Source: Deferrisomatales bacterium (lineage in GTDB: Bacteria; Desulfobacterota; Deferrisomatia; Deferrisomatales; JACRMM01). From it: 51,103 nucleotides of DNA. The notes under the pieces are model-generated. The model ran no database searches and was not told the DNA's origin. It was given only the letters and a program-made list of their open reading frames with translations. A program made the position numbers and the translations under genes. How positions within the stretch are numbered: the stretch's first letter is position 1; each line of letters opens with the position of its first letter. Where the stretch lies: positions 1 through 51,103 of the forward strand of contig JAWSUI010000027.1 of assembly GCA_033551855.1 (NCBI GenBank), written 5' to 3'. This document shows positions 29,024 to 38,462 of the stretch, piece after piece.

Positions 29024-29942
29024 ACGGGGATGGTCTGCCCTGGACCCGGAGCCCCGGGTCGCCGTGGTGATCCTCACGGTGAACCAGCGGGAGAAGACCC
29101 TCCGTGTCCTCGGAAGCTTCTCTCCGGAGGAACGGCGGCGGCACCGCTTCCTGGTGTGGGACAACGGGTCCAAGGACGGGACCGGGGAGGCGGTGGCGCT
29201 CGCCTTCCCGGAGGTGGCGGTCCAGGGCCACGGGACAAACCTGGGCGTCGCGTCGGGGCGCAACGCCGCCGCAGCCCTGGCCGTCGAGCGTTTCGCGCCC
29301 ACCCACCTGCTCTTCCTCGACAACGACATGGTGGTGACCGAGGGTTTCGTCGAGGCGCTGCTGGCGCCCTTCGGCCGGGACCCCCTCCTCGGCCAGACCC
29401 AGGCCAAGCTGCGCTTCCTGAAGGATCCGGAGCGCCTGAACGACGGAGGGGGGTGTCGGATCACGTTCTGGCGCGGCCGGACCCATCCCGTCGGCTTCGG
29501 GGAGCTCGACCGGGGGCAGCGGGACCGCGAGGCGCCGTGCATCGCCTGCGGCGGCGCGATGATGGTGCGCGCCGACGTCTTTCGAGAGTTGGGAGGCTTC
29601 GACTCGGCGTTCGACCCCTTCGGGCCCGAGGACCTGGACTTCTCTCTGCGGCTCCAGGGGCGGGGCTACCGGGCCCTGTACGTGCCGCGGGCCGTGGCGT
29701 ACCACGAGGTCGGGCACACCTTCGGGGGAGGACGGTACTCGGGGGCCTACGCCCGGGCCAAGGCGAGGCACTGGCTGCGCTTCCTCACCCGCCACGGGAA
29801 GCCGCACCAGGTGGCGGCGTTCTTCCTGCTCGGCGCTCCCTGGGCGGCGGCCCGCCTGGTCCTGCGGGAGGGGAGGAAGGGCAACCTCGGGGCGGTGGCC
29901 GGGACTCTCCGGGGAGCGCTGGAGTCGCTGTTTCGCCGCTGA
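29016..29942 (+). CDS. Glycosyltransferase family 2
   Basis: 'VAVVILTVN', 'VWDNGSKDGT', 'NLGVASGRN', 'LFLDND', 'GGFD...EDLDFSLR'. Confidence 0.9.
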   Translation: MAERGWSALDPEPRVAVVILTVNQREKTLRVLGSFSPEERRRHRFLVWDNGSKDGTGEAVALAFPEVAVQGHGTNLGVASGRNAAAALAVERFAPTHLLFLDNDMVVTEGFVEALLAPFGRDPLLGQTQAKLRFLKDPERLNDGGGCRITFWRGRTHPVGFGELDRGQRDREAPCIACGGAMMVRADVFRELGGFDSAFDPFGPEDLDFSLRLQGRGYRALYVPRAVAYHEVGHTFGGGRYSGAYARAKARHWLRFLTRHGKPHQVAAFFLLGAPWAAARLVLREGRKGNLGAVAGTLRGALESLFRR

Positions 29943-30009
29943 AGGCGGGGTCGAGCGGGGCTTCGCTCCCGTGTCGGTCTCCAACGCCCGCAGCCCGGGA
30001 GCCCGCGCT

Positions 30010-31899
30010 CTACCCGGCAGGTTCTCGGAGCCAGCGATCCTGCCACGCCTGGAACATCATGACGGCCCAGAGCTGGTGGCTGTGGTTCCTCCGGCCGGAA
30101 AGATGCTCCTTTCGGAGCCGGTCCACCTCGGACTGCTCGAAAATCCCGTCCTGCCGGAGCCGCCGGTCGGAGAGCAGGTCCTCCATCAGACCCCGGTATG
30201 CGCCCGCCAGCCAGTGTTTGAGCGGGACGCTGAACCCCTCCTTCGGCCGGTAGACGGCCTCGGCCGGGAGGTGACGCTCGGCGATGCGTTTCAGGATCCA
30301 CTTCGAGACCCCTGCCCGGATCTTCAGCCGATCGGGCACCTGGAAGGCGAGCTCGACGACCTCCTTGTCCAGGAAGGGCACGCGGGACTCCAGGGACACC
30401 GCCATGGACATGCGGTCCACCTTGGTGAGGATGTCGTCCGGGAGGTAGCTGAAGAGGTCCACGTACAGGCACTGAGCCAGGGGCTCCCTGCCCCTGGCCT
30501 CCCCGAAGAGGGTCTCGACGTGGGCGCCGAGGGGCGAGTCCATGGACGCTAGGGCGTCAGGGGTGAAGAGCGCGGCCTTTTGCTGCTCTCCCAAGAAGAC
30601 CCGCCACCGGGCGTGCCCGAGAGCGGTCTCGTGCCGTACCCCCTCGACGAAGCGCAACGCCTTGTTGACCAAGCCCTTCTTGGACCGGGTGGGGCGGAGC
30701 AGGCGGACGGCGGGCTCGATGAGCCCCCGGCGCAGGAGCTTCGGCAGGGCCCCGTAGCGGCGCGCGACACCCTGTGCGAGATACGACTCGTAGCCCCCGA
30801 AGAGCTCGTCCCCGCCGTCGCCGCTGAGGGAGACCGTGACGTGGCGCCGGGCAAGCCGAGAGACCAGATAGGTCGGGAAGATCGACGAGTCCCCGATGGG
30901 GTCGTCCATGAAGTGCATGAGGTGGTCGAAGAGCTCCAGGGCGTCCGGGCGGATGACCTCGGTGAGGTGGCGGATGCCCAGATGGCGGGCGACGCGGGTG
31001 GAGTGCTCGAGCTCGTTGTAGGTGGGGTCCTCGAAGCCGATGCTGAACGTCACGGCGTCCCCCATCGCCGCCGTGATCAGGGAGGAATCGACGCCGCCCG
31101 AGAGAAACGCCCCGAGGGGCACGTCGCTCACGAGCTGGCGCCGCACGGCGGCGCGCAGGGTGGCCTCCACGCGGTCCAGCCAGTACGCGTCGCCGCGCTC
31201 GTCCGCCCCTGGGGGGGGCGGAAGCTGCCAGTACCGCTGCACCTCCTGGCGCCCCGAGAGCAGGTCGAGCGTCAGCAACCGTCCGGGGAGAAGCTTCCGG
31301 ACGGTCTGCAGCAGCGTCGCCTCGCCGGGGCAGTATTCCCAGGCCATGAACTGGCCCAGGGCGTCCAGGTCGAGCCGTCGCTCCACCAGACCGGAGGCCA
31401 GAAGCGCCTTGATCTCCGAGCCCCAGATGAGAAGGTCGGGCGTGGACGCGTAGTAGAGCGGCTTGATGCCCACGTGGTCGCGGGCTAGCAGGACGCGGGC
31501 CCCGGCGCGATCGTACAAGGCCAGGGCGAACATGCCGTTGAGGCGTGTGAGGAAGGGGTCGCCCCACTCCTCGTAGCCGTGGACGAGGACCTCGGTGTCT
31601 GTACGGGTCCGGAAGCGGTGACCCGCGGTCTCGAGCTCGGACCGCAGCTCCCGAAAATTATAGATCTCGCCGTTGCACACGGCGAGGACGGAGCCGTCCT
31701 CGTTGGAGATGGGCTGCCTGCCGCCTGCAACGTCGATGACGGCGAGACGGCGCATGCCCAGCCCCACCCGCTCGTCCCGAAGGAAACCGCGGTCGTCCGG
31801 GCCGCGGTGGGCGAGGGAGTCGCACATCCGGAGGAGGACGGCTGCATCTGGAACCGGACTTCCGGTGCCGGTGCCGGCAAACCCCGCGATCCCGCACAC
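30010..31899 (-). CDS. asnB: Second asparagine synthase-type amidotransferase
   Basis: GTG start giving MCGIAG; 'HRGPDD', 'NGEIYNF', 'RDHVGIKPLYY', 'SGGVDSS', 'SGDGGDELFGGY', 'KVDRMSMAVSLESRVPFLD'. Confidence 0.93.
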   Translation of the reverse strand: MCGIAGFAGTGTGSPVPDAAVLLRMCDSLAHRGPDDRGFLRDERVGLGMRRLAVIDVAGGRQPISNEDGSVLAVCNGEIYNFRELRSELETAGHRFRTRTDTEVLVHGYEEWGDPFLTRLNGMFALALYDRAGARVLLARDHVGIKPLYYASTPDLLIWGSEIKALLASGLVERRLDLDALGQFMAWEYCPGEATLLQTVRKLLPGRLLTLDLLSGRQEVQRYWQLPPPPGADERGDAYWLDRVEATLRAAVRRQLVSDVPLGAFLSGGVDSSLITAAMGDAVTFSIGFEDPTYNELEHSTRVARHLGIRHLTEVIRPDALELFDHLMHFMDDPIGDSSIFPTYLVSRLARRHVTVSLSGDGGDELFGGYESYLAQGVARRYGALPKLLRRGLIEPAVRLLRPTRSKKGLVNKALRFVEGVRHETALGHARWRVFLGEQQKAALFTPDALASMDSPLGAHVETLFGEARGREPLAQCLYVDLFSYLPDDILTKVDRMSMAVSLESRVPFLDKEVVELAFQVPDRLKIRAGVSKWILKRIAERHLPAEAVYRPKEGFSVPLKHWLAGAYRGLMEDLLSDRRLRQDGIFEQSEVDRLRKEHLSGRRNHSHQLWAVMMFQAWQDRWLREPAG

Positions 31900-32060
31900 G
31901 GCTCAGAGTCTGTGGAACCGTGTGCTGCGCGACCGGATTGCTTCGTTCCGCACTCGCTCACTCCACTCCCATCCACCGGACAGGTCTCGTCGTTTGCCCC
32001 CGCGTGCCTCGCCCTCCGGTCAGCTCGCGACGCTTCTTTCACAGGCTGACGGCCCGGCGG

Positions 32061-33392
32061 TCAATCCGCCCCGCATCCGGCCCCCTTGGCTCGGCACTCG
32101 CGTCGTCCCTGACTCCCGGCGGAGATGGGCTCGTGCTCCGGCGATCCGGCACGTGCACTCGGCGCTCCCCGCCGCGACTGCGGCGCGGGTTCCCGGGACA
32201 CCAGCGAGAGCAACTTCGCCATCTTTGCGGTGTACGCCTCCCGGGAATAGTGCTCGCCATACCACTCCTTGGCACGGGCTGCGAGGCCCAAGGCGGCCTC
32301 CGGTTCGCGCAAGGCCCGGAGGATCGCCTCTGCCAGCGCCTCCGGGGTCGTGTCTGCCAGAATCGAGATCCCGTCGTTGAGCACCTGGGTGTGGGATTCG
32401 ATACGGGTCGCCACGAGGGGGACACCGTCGGCCATGAGCTGGTAGATCTTCATCGGCGTGTTGGTGCCCGTCAGCCGCATGGAAATGCCGACGGCGGCGA
32501 GGGCCACGAGACGCTGCGCCTCCTGTTGCGTGACCTGCCCCGTGAAGTGAACGGCCTCGCCGAGGCCGAGGGTGTCCGCCAGACGCCGGAAGTGCTCCAC
32601 CTCGCGAGGCATGCCCCCTACGATCAGCAGCCCGGCTGCGGGCATCTCCCGGCGGACGGCCGAAAAGGCCTCGAGCAGTCTGTCGATTCCCTGGTAGGCC
32701 TCGAGGGTGCCGGCATAGGCAACCACGGCATCTCGGCCCCGGCCGTCGATCCACCTCTCTGCGGCCGCGAGCTCTTCCCCCCGGACGCCGTGGTCTCCTC
32801 CCGCCGGCTCTCCGGCGAGCCGGACCGGATCGGACAGGGAGTTCTCGATCAAGAAGATCTTGCCGTGATCCGCCGTCAACCCACGCGCCTGGGCGAGGAG
32901 GGCAGGGCACACCACGATCACCGCCTCGGCGGCCCGGACCGCGCTTCTCTCCAAGGTCTCGAAGAGCCAGTGGACGAGCCGCAGTCTCGTGAACTGGAAG
33001 TTGTGCAGCTGCTGCGGCAGGCTGCTGTGCATGTCGTAGATCAGACGGAACCCGAAGATGGGCTTCAGCCAGCGGCACCAGAAGACGGCCTCCTCGTGGG
33101 CATGGACGACCTCGTGGCGGCGCGAGAGGAGCAAGCCCACGGTCCACAGCAGCAGGAACCCGTCCAGGAAGAGCTTGAGGAGGGAAGGGCCGACACGGAC
33201 GGGGCCGAGGGCGCGGAAGGCGGGGATGCGCACGACGCGGCAACCCGGGATCTCCACGTCGGCCCCCTGCCCATAGGTGAGGAGGTCCACACGGTGCCCC
33301 AGCTCGCACAGGACCTGGGTGCGGTAGTAGACGCTGAACGGCGTCCCTCGGGGGGTGAAGAACGGCTGGGGGGCCACGACCAGGATGTTCAT
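32061..33392 (-). CDS. Glycosyltransferase family 4 (paralog of 6157-7326)
   Basis: ATG 33392 overlaps the upstream stop; 'MNILVVAPQPFFTPRGTP', 'IYDMHSSL', 'YAGTLEAYQGID', 'NTPMKIY', 'SHTQVL'. Confidence 0.88.
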   Translation of the reverse strand: MNILVVAPQPFFTPRGTPFSVYYRTQVLCELGHRVDLLTYGQGADVEIPGCRVVRIPAFRALGPVRVGPSLLKLFLDGFLLLWTVGLLLSRRHEVVHAHEEAVFWCRWLKPIFGFRLIYDMHSSLPQQLHNFQFTRLRLVHWLFETLERSAVRAAEAVIVVCPALLAQARGLTADHGKIFLIENSLSDPVRLAGEPAGGDHGVRGEELAAAERWIDGRGRDAVVAYAGTLEAYQGIDRLLEAFSAVRREMPAAGLLIVGGMPREVEHFRRLADTLGLGEAVHFTGQVTQQEAQRLVALAAVGISMRLTGTNTPMKIYQLMADGVPLVATRIESHTQVLNDGISILADTTPEALAEAILRALREPEAALGLAARAKEWYGEHYSREAYTAKMAKLLSLVSREPAPQSRRGAPSARAGSPEHEPISAGSQGRRECRAKGAGCGAD

Positions 33393-34261
33393 CGCGGGCC
33401 TCCCTGTCCGCGCCGGCTGCGGAGCTGAATGCCGATGTTGTTGAAGAGGAAGCGCAGGGGACCGAGCGCCTTGCCGTAGGGCCGGGGTGAGGTGTCCACT
33501 GTTTCCAGCCAGGCGGCGAGGTCTCGCCACGGGGTCTCCGGGCCGGCCTCGCCCCCAAAGAACCCGAACGACCCGACCCGGCGGTAGTCGCCGCCGAAAG
33601 GGAACGGGTCCGAGCCGGGCAGGACCCGGTAGCCGAGTCGGCTCGCCTCGCGAATCAGGCGGGGCCGCCCGAATGCCTGGAGGCGGCTGCCATTGTCGCA
33701 CACGGCGAGCGCCTCCGGGGAGCTCCGACGGAGACACTCTCGGACCGCCTTCCCCCGCCGGCCCGTCCACTTCCCGAAGCCCCACGGCAGGCTCGCCAGG
33801 GCGCCGGATTCCTGGACCTCGAGAACCGTTTCGCCCAGGGGCCGGCCGTCCGGGAAGTCGCGGGTCGTGCCCAGGGCCGTGACCTCGAGACCGGTCGCGC
33901 AGCGGATCTGGCGGCCACAGACGACGATCAGGGAGGCGTCGCCGCGCTCGGCCACGAGGCTCTGGTCTTCCTGCGGGGCGGGAAGAATCGTCCAGTTTCC
34001 GCAGGACGACCGAGCCCGAAGGGACTCGAACACCCGTTCGCCCTTCGCCTGGGTCAGAAGGAGGACCCCCCCCCAACCTCGCGCGCCCCCCCGGTGACGC
34101 CGAAAGTTGGCGGCCGCCGCATCCAGCGTTGCCGCGGCGCCCTCCAGGGAGTGGAGGTGAACGTGCCCGTCCACCGGCAGGGTGGGTTCACGGGGCGCTC
34201 TTCCCTCCGCCGGTTCCGTCGTCCCGGGGGCTCCCCGGCCGTCTACGTTCTCGTCCCTCAT
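33389..34261 (-). CDS. Hypothetical protein with PHP-like metal-binding motifs
   Basis: N-terminal 'DGHVHLH', internal 'GLEVTALG' and 'PWGFGKW', C-terminal 'LPGSDPFP'. Translationally coupled to the downstream GT. Confidence 0.65.
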   Translation of the reverse strand: MRDENVDGRGAPGTTEPAEGRAPREPTLPVDGHVHLHSLEGAAATLDAAAANFRRHRGGARGWGGVLLLTQAKGERVFESLRARSSCGNWTILPAPQEDQSLVAERGDASLIVVCGRQIRCATGLEVTALGTTRDFPDGRPLGETVLEVQESGALASLPWGFGKWTGRRGKAVRECLRRSSPEALAVCDNGSRLQAFGRPRLIREASRLGYRVLPGSDPFPFGGDYRRVGSFGFFGGEAGPETPWRDLAAWLETVDTSPRPYGKALGPLRFLFNNIGIQLRSRRGQGGPR

Positions 34262-34291
34262 GTGTCGGTCCCCGAGCGAAGCGTCACCCGA

Positions 34292-35938
34292 TCACTCCGA
34301 ATCCACACGGTACTGGGGCCACTGCAGCACCTCGGCGACCTGGCGCCTCTGCATCTCTTCCCCCCATCCCATCAGACCCGCGACCGACCTCGCCGCGCAC
34401 TCCAGTGTTTCCCGGGAAGGGCGCCCGGCGCTCCCGATGCCCGTTCTCCGCAGCACGTCGCCCAGGGTGCGGGCATGCTCCGTCTGCACGGCGTGGACGA
34501 GCTCCGCCGCCCAGACACCGCCGCTTCCCGGCACGGTCTCGGTGCCGCCGGGAAGGCTCCGTGCCAGCTCGAGCACGTCTGCGGCGCCGCCCCCGTAGGC
34601 TGCCTCCATCCGGCGTGCCGCCCCCGGCGCAAGTCCCGCCTGCCGCAACGCGGCGCGTGCCGCGGAGAGCCCTGCCGGAGCTCCGCCCGGGAGCGGGAGG
34701 CGCGTCGTCCGGGAGGGGCCTGCCCGGACCGCGCCTTCGGCCGACAGGCGGTCCACGAAGCCCTCGGCCAGCCGGCGCACGGTCGTCCACTTCTCGGTCT
34801 GGAGATGCCACAGGCCCGCGGGACCGCCGAAAGCCCGGGCGGGTTCGCAGAGCGGCTTGTCCATCGGGACCGGCTCGGCGTCGCCCGTCACCGAGGCCGC
34901 GAGTGCGGGCAGAAAGCCCACGTGGAGGGCCCGCACGTCCTCGGCTCGGAACCGCCACGCGCCGTAACTGTCGTTGACGGAGCGGAGGATGGATTCCAGC
35001 TCCGGCACCGCGACCCCTGCCCCGGGACCCCGTGGGTCCCGGGAGTACCAGGTGCCCACGATCGTGGCCCCGTTCCAAGGGGTTGCGAAGAGCATGCGTC
35101 CGGGGAGGATCCGCCCCTGCGCATCCCGCATCGGGAAGCCCAGGGCGCACTGCAGCCCCGTCTCGGGCAGGATCACGTTCACGGCCTTGATGAAGGGCGG
35201 TGCCGCCGGAGAGCCGGGAGGAACTGCGTCCGCACCGGCCCACGCACAGCGGCAGTCCGCAACCGCGGAAGCAGGAATCTCCAAGCTGCCGCCGTCGAGG
35301 AGGTTCTCGGCGACGATCCCGGCGATCCTCCCCTTGTCGGCGGAAAACGCGGTGACCCGGTGGTGGTTGAGCAGCACGGCCCCGTGGGCCTCCGCACCCA
35401 GGGCGAACGCCAACGGCAGCCGCTCCGAGTCGAGCATCTGGGCATCGAACCAGCGGGCGCCGGCCGTGGCACCTTCCAGGTTGAGGCCGGGTGCCGCATC
35501 GGCGAGCGACGTCAGGCTCATCAGCCCACCCGCCGGCAGGCGCCGGTCCGGCCGGAGCCCCCGGTTGCGGTCGGCGGTGACCAGGGCGTTGACCGCAATG
35601 CCGCCGGCCATGGCGAGACGTCCCCGGAGGAGCGTGCTGCGCGTGGGAAGGATGCAGGGCAGAGGCTGCACCAGGTGGGGGGCGATGCGCAAGAAGACCG
35701 AGCGTTCCGCCGCCGAGGCCCTCGCCCGCTTCAGGTCGAGCTTCTGCAGGTAGCGAAGGCCGCCGTGGACGATCTTGAGGCTGTTGGCGCTTGCTCCGCT
35801 CCCGAAGTCGTCCTGCTCCAGGAGGACGACGCGGACACCCCTGGTGGCGGCTTCCCAGGCCAAGGCACAGCCAAGCGCCCCTGCGCCGACGACAGCGAGA
35901 TCGAACCCTCCTGTGAGGTCCGCGGTTCGTCGAACCAT
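34292..35938 (-). CDS. FAD-dependent glycerol-3-phosphate dehydrogenase/oxidase-like protein
   Basis: 'FDLAVVGAGALG...AATRGVRVVLLEQDDFGSGASANSLKIVHGGLRYLQ', 'APHLV', 'FDAQ', 'KWTTVRRLAE', 'EHARTLGDVLRRT'. Confidence 0.85.
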   Translation of the reverse strand: MVRRTADLTGGFDLAVVGAGALGCALAWEAATRGVRVVLLEQDDFGSGASANSLKIVHGGLRYLQKLDLKRARASAAERSVFLRIAPHLVQPLPCILPTRSTLLRGRLAMAGGIAVNALVTADRNRGLRPDRRLPAGGLMSLTSLADAAPGLNLEGATAGARWFDAQMLDSERLPLAFALGAEAHGAVLLNHHRVTAFSADKGRIAGIVAENLLDGGSLEIPASAVADCRCAWAGADAVPPGSPAAPPFIKAVNVILPETGLQCALGFPMRDAQGRILPGRMLFATPWNGATIVGTWYSRDPRGPGAGVAVPELESILRSVNDSYGAWRFRAEDVRALHVGFLPALAASVTGDAEPVPMDKPLCEPARAFGGPAGLWHLQTEKWTTVRRLAEGFVDRLSAEGAVRAGPSRTTRLPLPGGAPAGLSAARAALRQAGLAPGAARRMEAAYGGGAADVLELARSLPGGTETVPGSGGVWAAELVHAVQTEHARTLGDVLRRTGIGSAGRPSRETLECAARSVAGLMGWGEEMQRRQVAEVLQWPQYRVDSE

Positions 35939-36077
35939 GGGAGCGATGCCCCTTTCTCCAACCCGCCGTGCGCCGGCCTTCGCGACACGGTCGCGAAGCG
36001 GATCGGGTGGACGGAGTGCCGCGGTGCAGGGACGCTCGCGGTGCGTCGCCGTCTCTGCGGAACGGACCCCTACACAT

Positions 36078-36093
36078 AGCAAGGGCTGTGCCT
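36078..36093 (-). promoter_or_regulatory. Putative sigma54 (-24/-12) promoter for the glpD-like operon
   Basis: Minus strand reads AGGCACAGCCCTTGCT, close to TGGCACG-N4-TTGCW with exact spacing, 140 nt upstream of ATG 35938. Confidence 0.6.
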
Positions 36094-36570
36094 CGCCGGC
36101 GCCCCGGGCCGTTCCCGCGGACGAAAAGCGCCCCGGAGGGGCCCGTCACCGAACCCCCAGGAACCGTGGGGGCCGGAGTCAATCTTCAGCAATATGCCTT
36201 GTGGGGCGTGACATTTCCCATGCACATCTCAGGTGAAAATGGAGATACCGTGGCATGCTTGGGCTGCCGCGCCGCAGGGAGGGGGACGGAGAGATGCCGG
36301 GCAGTTTCCCGTCCTGGACCGCTGGAGAGACAGAAGATGTCCACAGGGAAGATCGTCCTGGGCACTCTTGTTCCCAAGGTGGGTACTGCGCACCACATCC
36401 GTGTGGCGGGGAGCCTCTCGGGACCCGTGAGGTTCTGCCCGGGTGCCGCTCCCTAGGCCGGACCCCCCGGGCCCCCCGCAGGCGGCGCGGGCCGTTGACC
36501 AAGCGGTACCGAAAGGCTAGTCTGCCGACCGTCGGCGAGCTCCGGCTTTCAGGTGTCGAGAGACGGGCCT

Positions 36571-37071
36571 ATGTACTATCTGGACATCTTCCGGGCCCTC
36601 CACGACGGCGGGGTGCGGTACCTCGTCGCGGGTGGGGTCGCCCTCAATCTCCACGGCGTGCCGCGCATGACGGCGGACCTCGATCTGGCCCTGGCCCTGG
36701 ACGGTCCGAACCTCGAGGCGGCCCTTGCTGCTCTAGGAGATTGCGGGATGTCGGCCTCTCTGCCGGTGCCCGCCCAGGATCTTCTCGACCCGCGGCGACG
36801 GCGGGAATGGCTCGATGAGAAGGGGTTGGTCGCATTCCCCATGCACCACCCCCAGCGGCCGTTCCAAACGGTGGACCTGCTGGTCAACGCACCCCTGTCG
36901 TTCGAAGAGGCGTGGGGCCGCCGGATGGTGTTGGAGGTGGCGGGCATCCCCGTGCCCGTGCTGGGAGCGGGAGACCTCATCGCGCTCAAGCGTGCCGCCG
37001 GGAGGCCCCAGGATCTGGCGGACGCCGACGCCCTGGAGCGGCTGCTGGCCCGGCGGGGGGAGACGCGGTGA
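36571..37071 (+). CDS. Nucleotidyltransferase-fold protein (DUF6036/AbiEii-like)
   Basis: 'YLVAGGVALNLHGVPRMTADLDL', 'VDLL', 'DLIALKRAAGRPQDLADADAL'. Confidence 0.82.
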   Translation: MYYLDIFRALHDGGVRYLVAGGVALNLHGVPRMTADLDLALALDGPNLEAALAALGDCGMSASLPVPAQDLLDPRRRREWLDEKGLVAFPMHHPQRPFQTVDLLVNAPLSFEEAWGRRMVLEVAGIPVPVLGAGDLIALKRAAGRPQDLADADALERLLARRGETR

Positions 37072-37268
37072 CCCCGAAGCCCCACGGCCCGGTGGCCGGG
37101 GCGAGGGGAGTGCTTTCACTTCCCGACGACGAGGCCGTGGACCGATGGGGAACGGTCCCCCCGGAGGAGCGGCTTCGCTGGCTCGCCGAGGCCAACGAGT
37201 TTCTGTGGCGGGCGCAGCCCCCCGAGGTCCGGCGCCTGTGGCACGAGCTCCGGCGGGCCGAGTGGTGA
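37068..37268 (+). CDS. Small (66 aa) hypothetical protein coupled to the nucleotidyltransferase
   Basis: GTG overlaps the upstream stop (GTGA) and follows GGGGAG; helical 'PPEERLRWLAEANEFL...LWHELR'. Confidence 0.65.
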   Translation: MTPKPHGPVAGARGVLSLPDDEAVDRWGTVPPEERLRWLAEANEFLWRAQPPEVRRLWHELRRAEW

Positions 37269-37276
37269 CACCCGCT

Positions 37277-37340
37277 CCAGGCTTCCCTCCCCTTCGCTTC
37301 ACCCCAGCCCCCTCCCGACCTCCCCCTTGAAGGGGGAGGA
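37277..37340. repeat. REP-like palindromic element, copy 2
   Basis: CCCCCTCCCGA followed by the palindrome CCTCCCCCTT-G-AAGGGGGAGG (37319-37339); 19-nt identity with 7474-7492. Lies between convergent genes. Confidence 0.7.
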
Positions 37341-37477
37341 GCAAAGAGAGGGCGGGGGCCGCCCACCCAGATCGCCACAGGACCGTACGAATTCTGTTCG
37401 AAGCTCGATGTCCGGAGAAAATTTGGACGGGCGGTTCATGGAACCTACAGGGCAACACGGGTCAGGGGCGCACCGCT

Positions 37478-38347
37478 CTAGTCCGGTTTGCGCAGGAAGA
37501 CGGCGCCGAACGTGTAGGGGCGGCGGTCTTTGTCCGGCCAGACGAGGTAGGTCTTGCCGTTGTCTGCGAAGGCGGTGTTGCCGAGGGGCTCGAAGCACGG
37601 GGCCGAAAAGAAAGTGCGATGGACGTCTTCCGGGGTCCGGAGGAGGTGTTCCGGGTCGCAGCTCGGCCCCCGGCCGCTCAGGTAGACCCCCGGTGCCCCG
37701 TAGTCGAAGGTGAGGGAGAGGGTGCCGCCGGGCTTGAGGACCCGCGCGATCTCCCGGAGGGCTCGCTGCCGCAGGCCGCTGTCGAGGTGCTCGAACACGC
37801 AGACGGAGTAGGCGTGGTCGAAGGTGCCGTCGTCGAACCGGAGGTCGGCCATGTCCATGCCGGCCGACCGGAGATTCCAGCCTGTGGCCCGGGCGATCTC
37901 GTGGCCCGCCGCCACCAGCTCCTCGTTGAGGTCCACGGAGTGGACCTCGGCCCCGCGGGACGCGAGGTGGCAACTGAACAGGGAGGCGGTCCCCCCGGCG
38001 TCGAGGACCCGGTCCGCGGGGGAGAGCCGCGGCCCGTGGGCGCTGACCCAGTAGGCTTCCCAGTAGAGGAACCAGGGGTGGCGGTCGTCCCGGCTCACCC
38101 CGGGCAGGGGCTCGTAGGAGGCCCCCCCTCGATTGATCGCGTCGGTCCTACCCAGGTGCTCGGGGCGGCCCAGGAGCCGGCGGCCGAGGGCCCGGAGGCC
38201 CCGGAAGGAGAGCTCGGTGCCGCGCACCGGCAGCCCCCCGTACCACGAGGTGACCGGCAGGCGCTTCGCTTCCAAGGACTCCGCCAGGCGGTTGAGCTCC
38301 GCCGTGAAGGCCCGCCCCCCGGGGGTGAGGAGGTCGTCGCGGTCCAT
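37478..38347 (-). CDS. Class I SAM-dependent methyltransferase
   Basis: 'VLDAGG', 'VHSVDLN', 'DMADLRFDDGTFDHAYSVCVFEHL', 'EIARVLKPGG'. Start could be slightly upstream. Confidence 0.85.
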   Translation of the reverse strand: MDRDDLLTPGGRAFTAELNRLAESLEAKRLPVTSWYGGLPVRGTELSFRGLRALGRRLLGRPEHLGRTDAINRGGASYEPLPGVSRDDRHPWFLYWEAYWVSAHGPRLSPADRVLDAGGTASLFSCHLASRGAEVHSVDLNEELVAAGHEIARATGWNLRSAGMDMADLRFDDGTFDHAYSVCVFEHLDSGLRQRALREIARVLKPGGTLSLTFDYGAPGVYLSGRGPSCDPEHLLRTPEDVHRTFFSAPCFEPLGNTAFADNGKTYLVWPDKDRRPYTFGAVFLRKPD

Positions 38348-38462
38348 GGTCTTGTTGATCGGTGCTGTGTCCACCGGCATCTCCGGAGCATGGGGGGCCC
38401 AGGAAGGCGCTCCTGCGCCCCCTGAAGCGGCGGTTCTCCCGGCCGCGAGGCGGGAGAACCGC

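Noticed and set aside
18754..31899. AsnB genes as lasso-peptide cyclases
   Set aside because: Both keep a complete Ntn glutaminase domain with Cys2. No B1/B2 proteins or precursor peptide are visible, and the context is glycosyltransferases.
36251..36267. TGGCATGCTTGGGCTGC as a plus-strand sigma54 promoter
   Set aside because: The GG-to-GC spacing does not fit the strict -24/-12 geometry.
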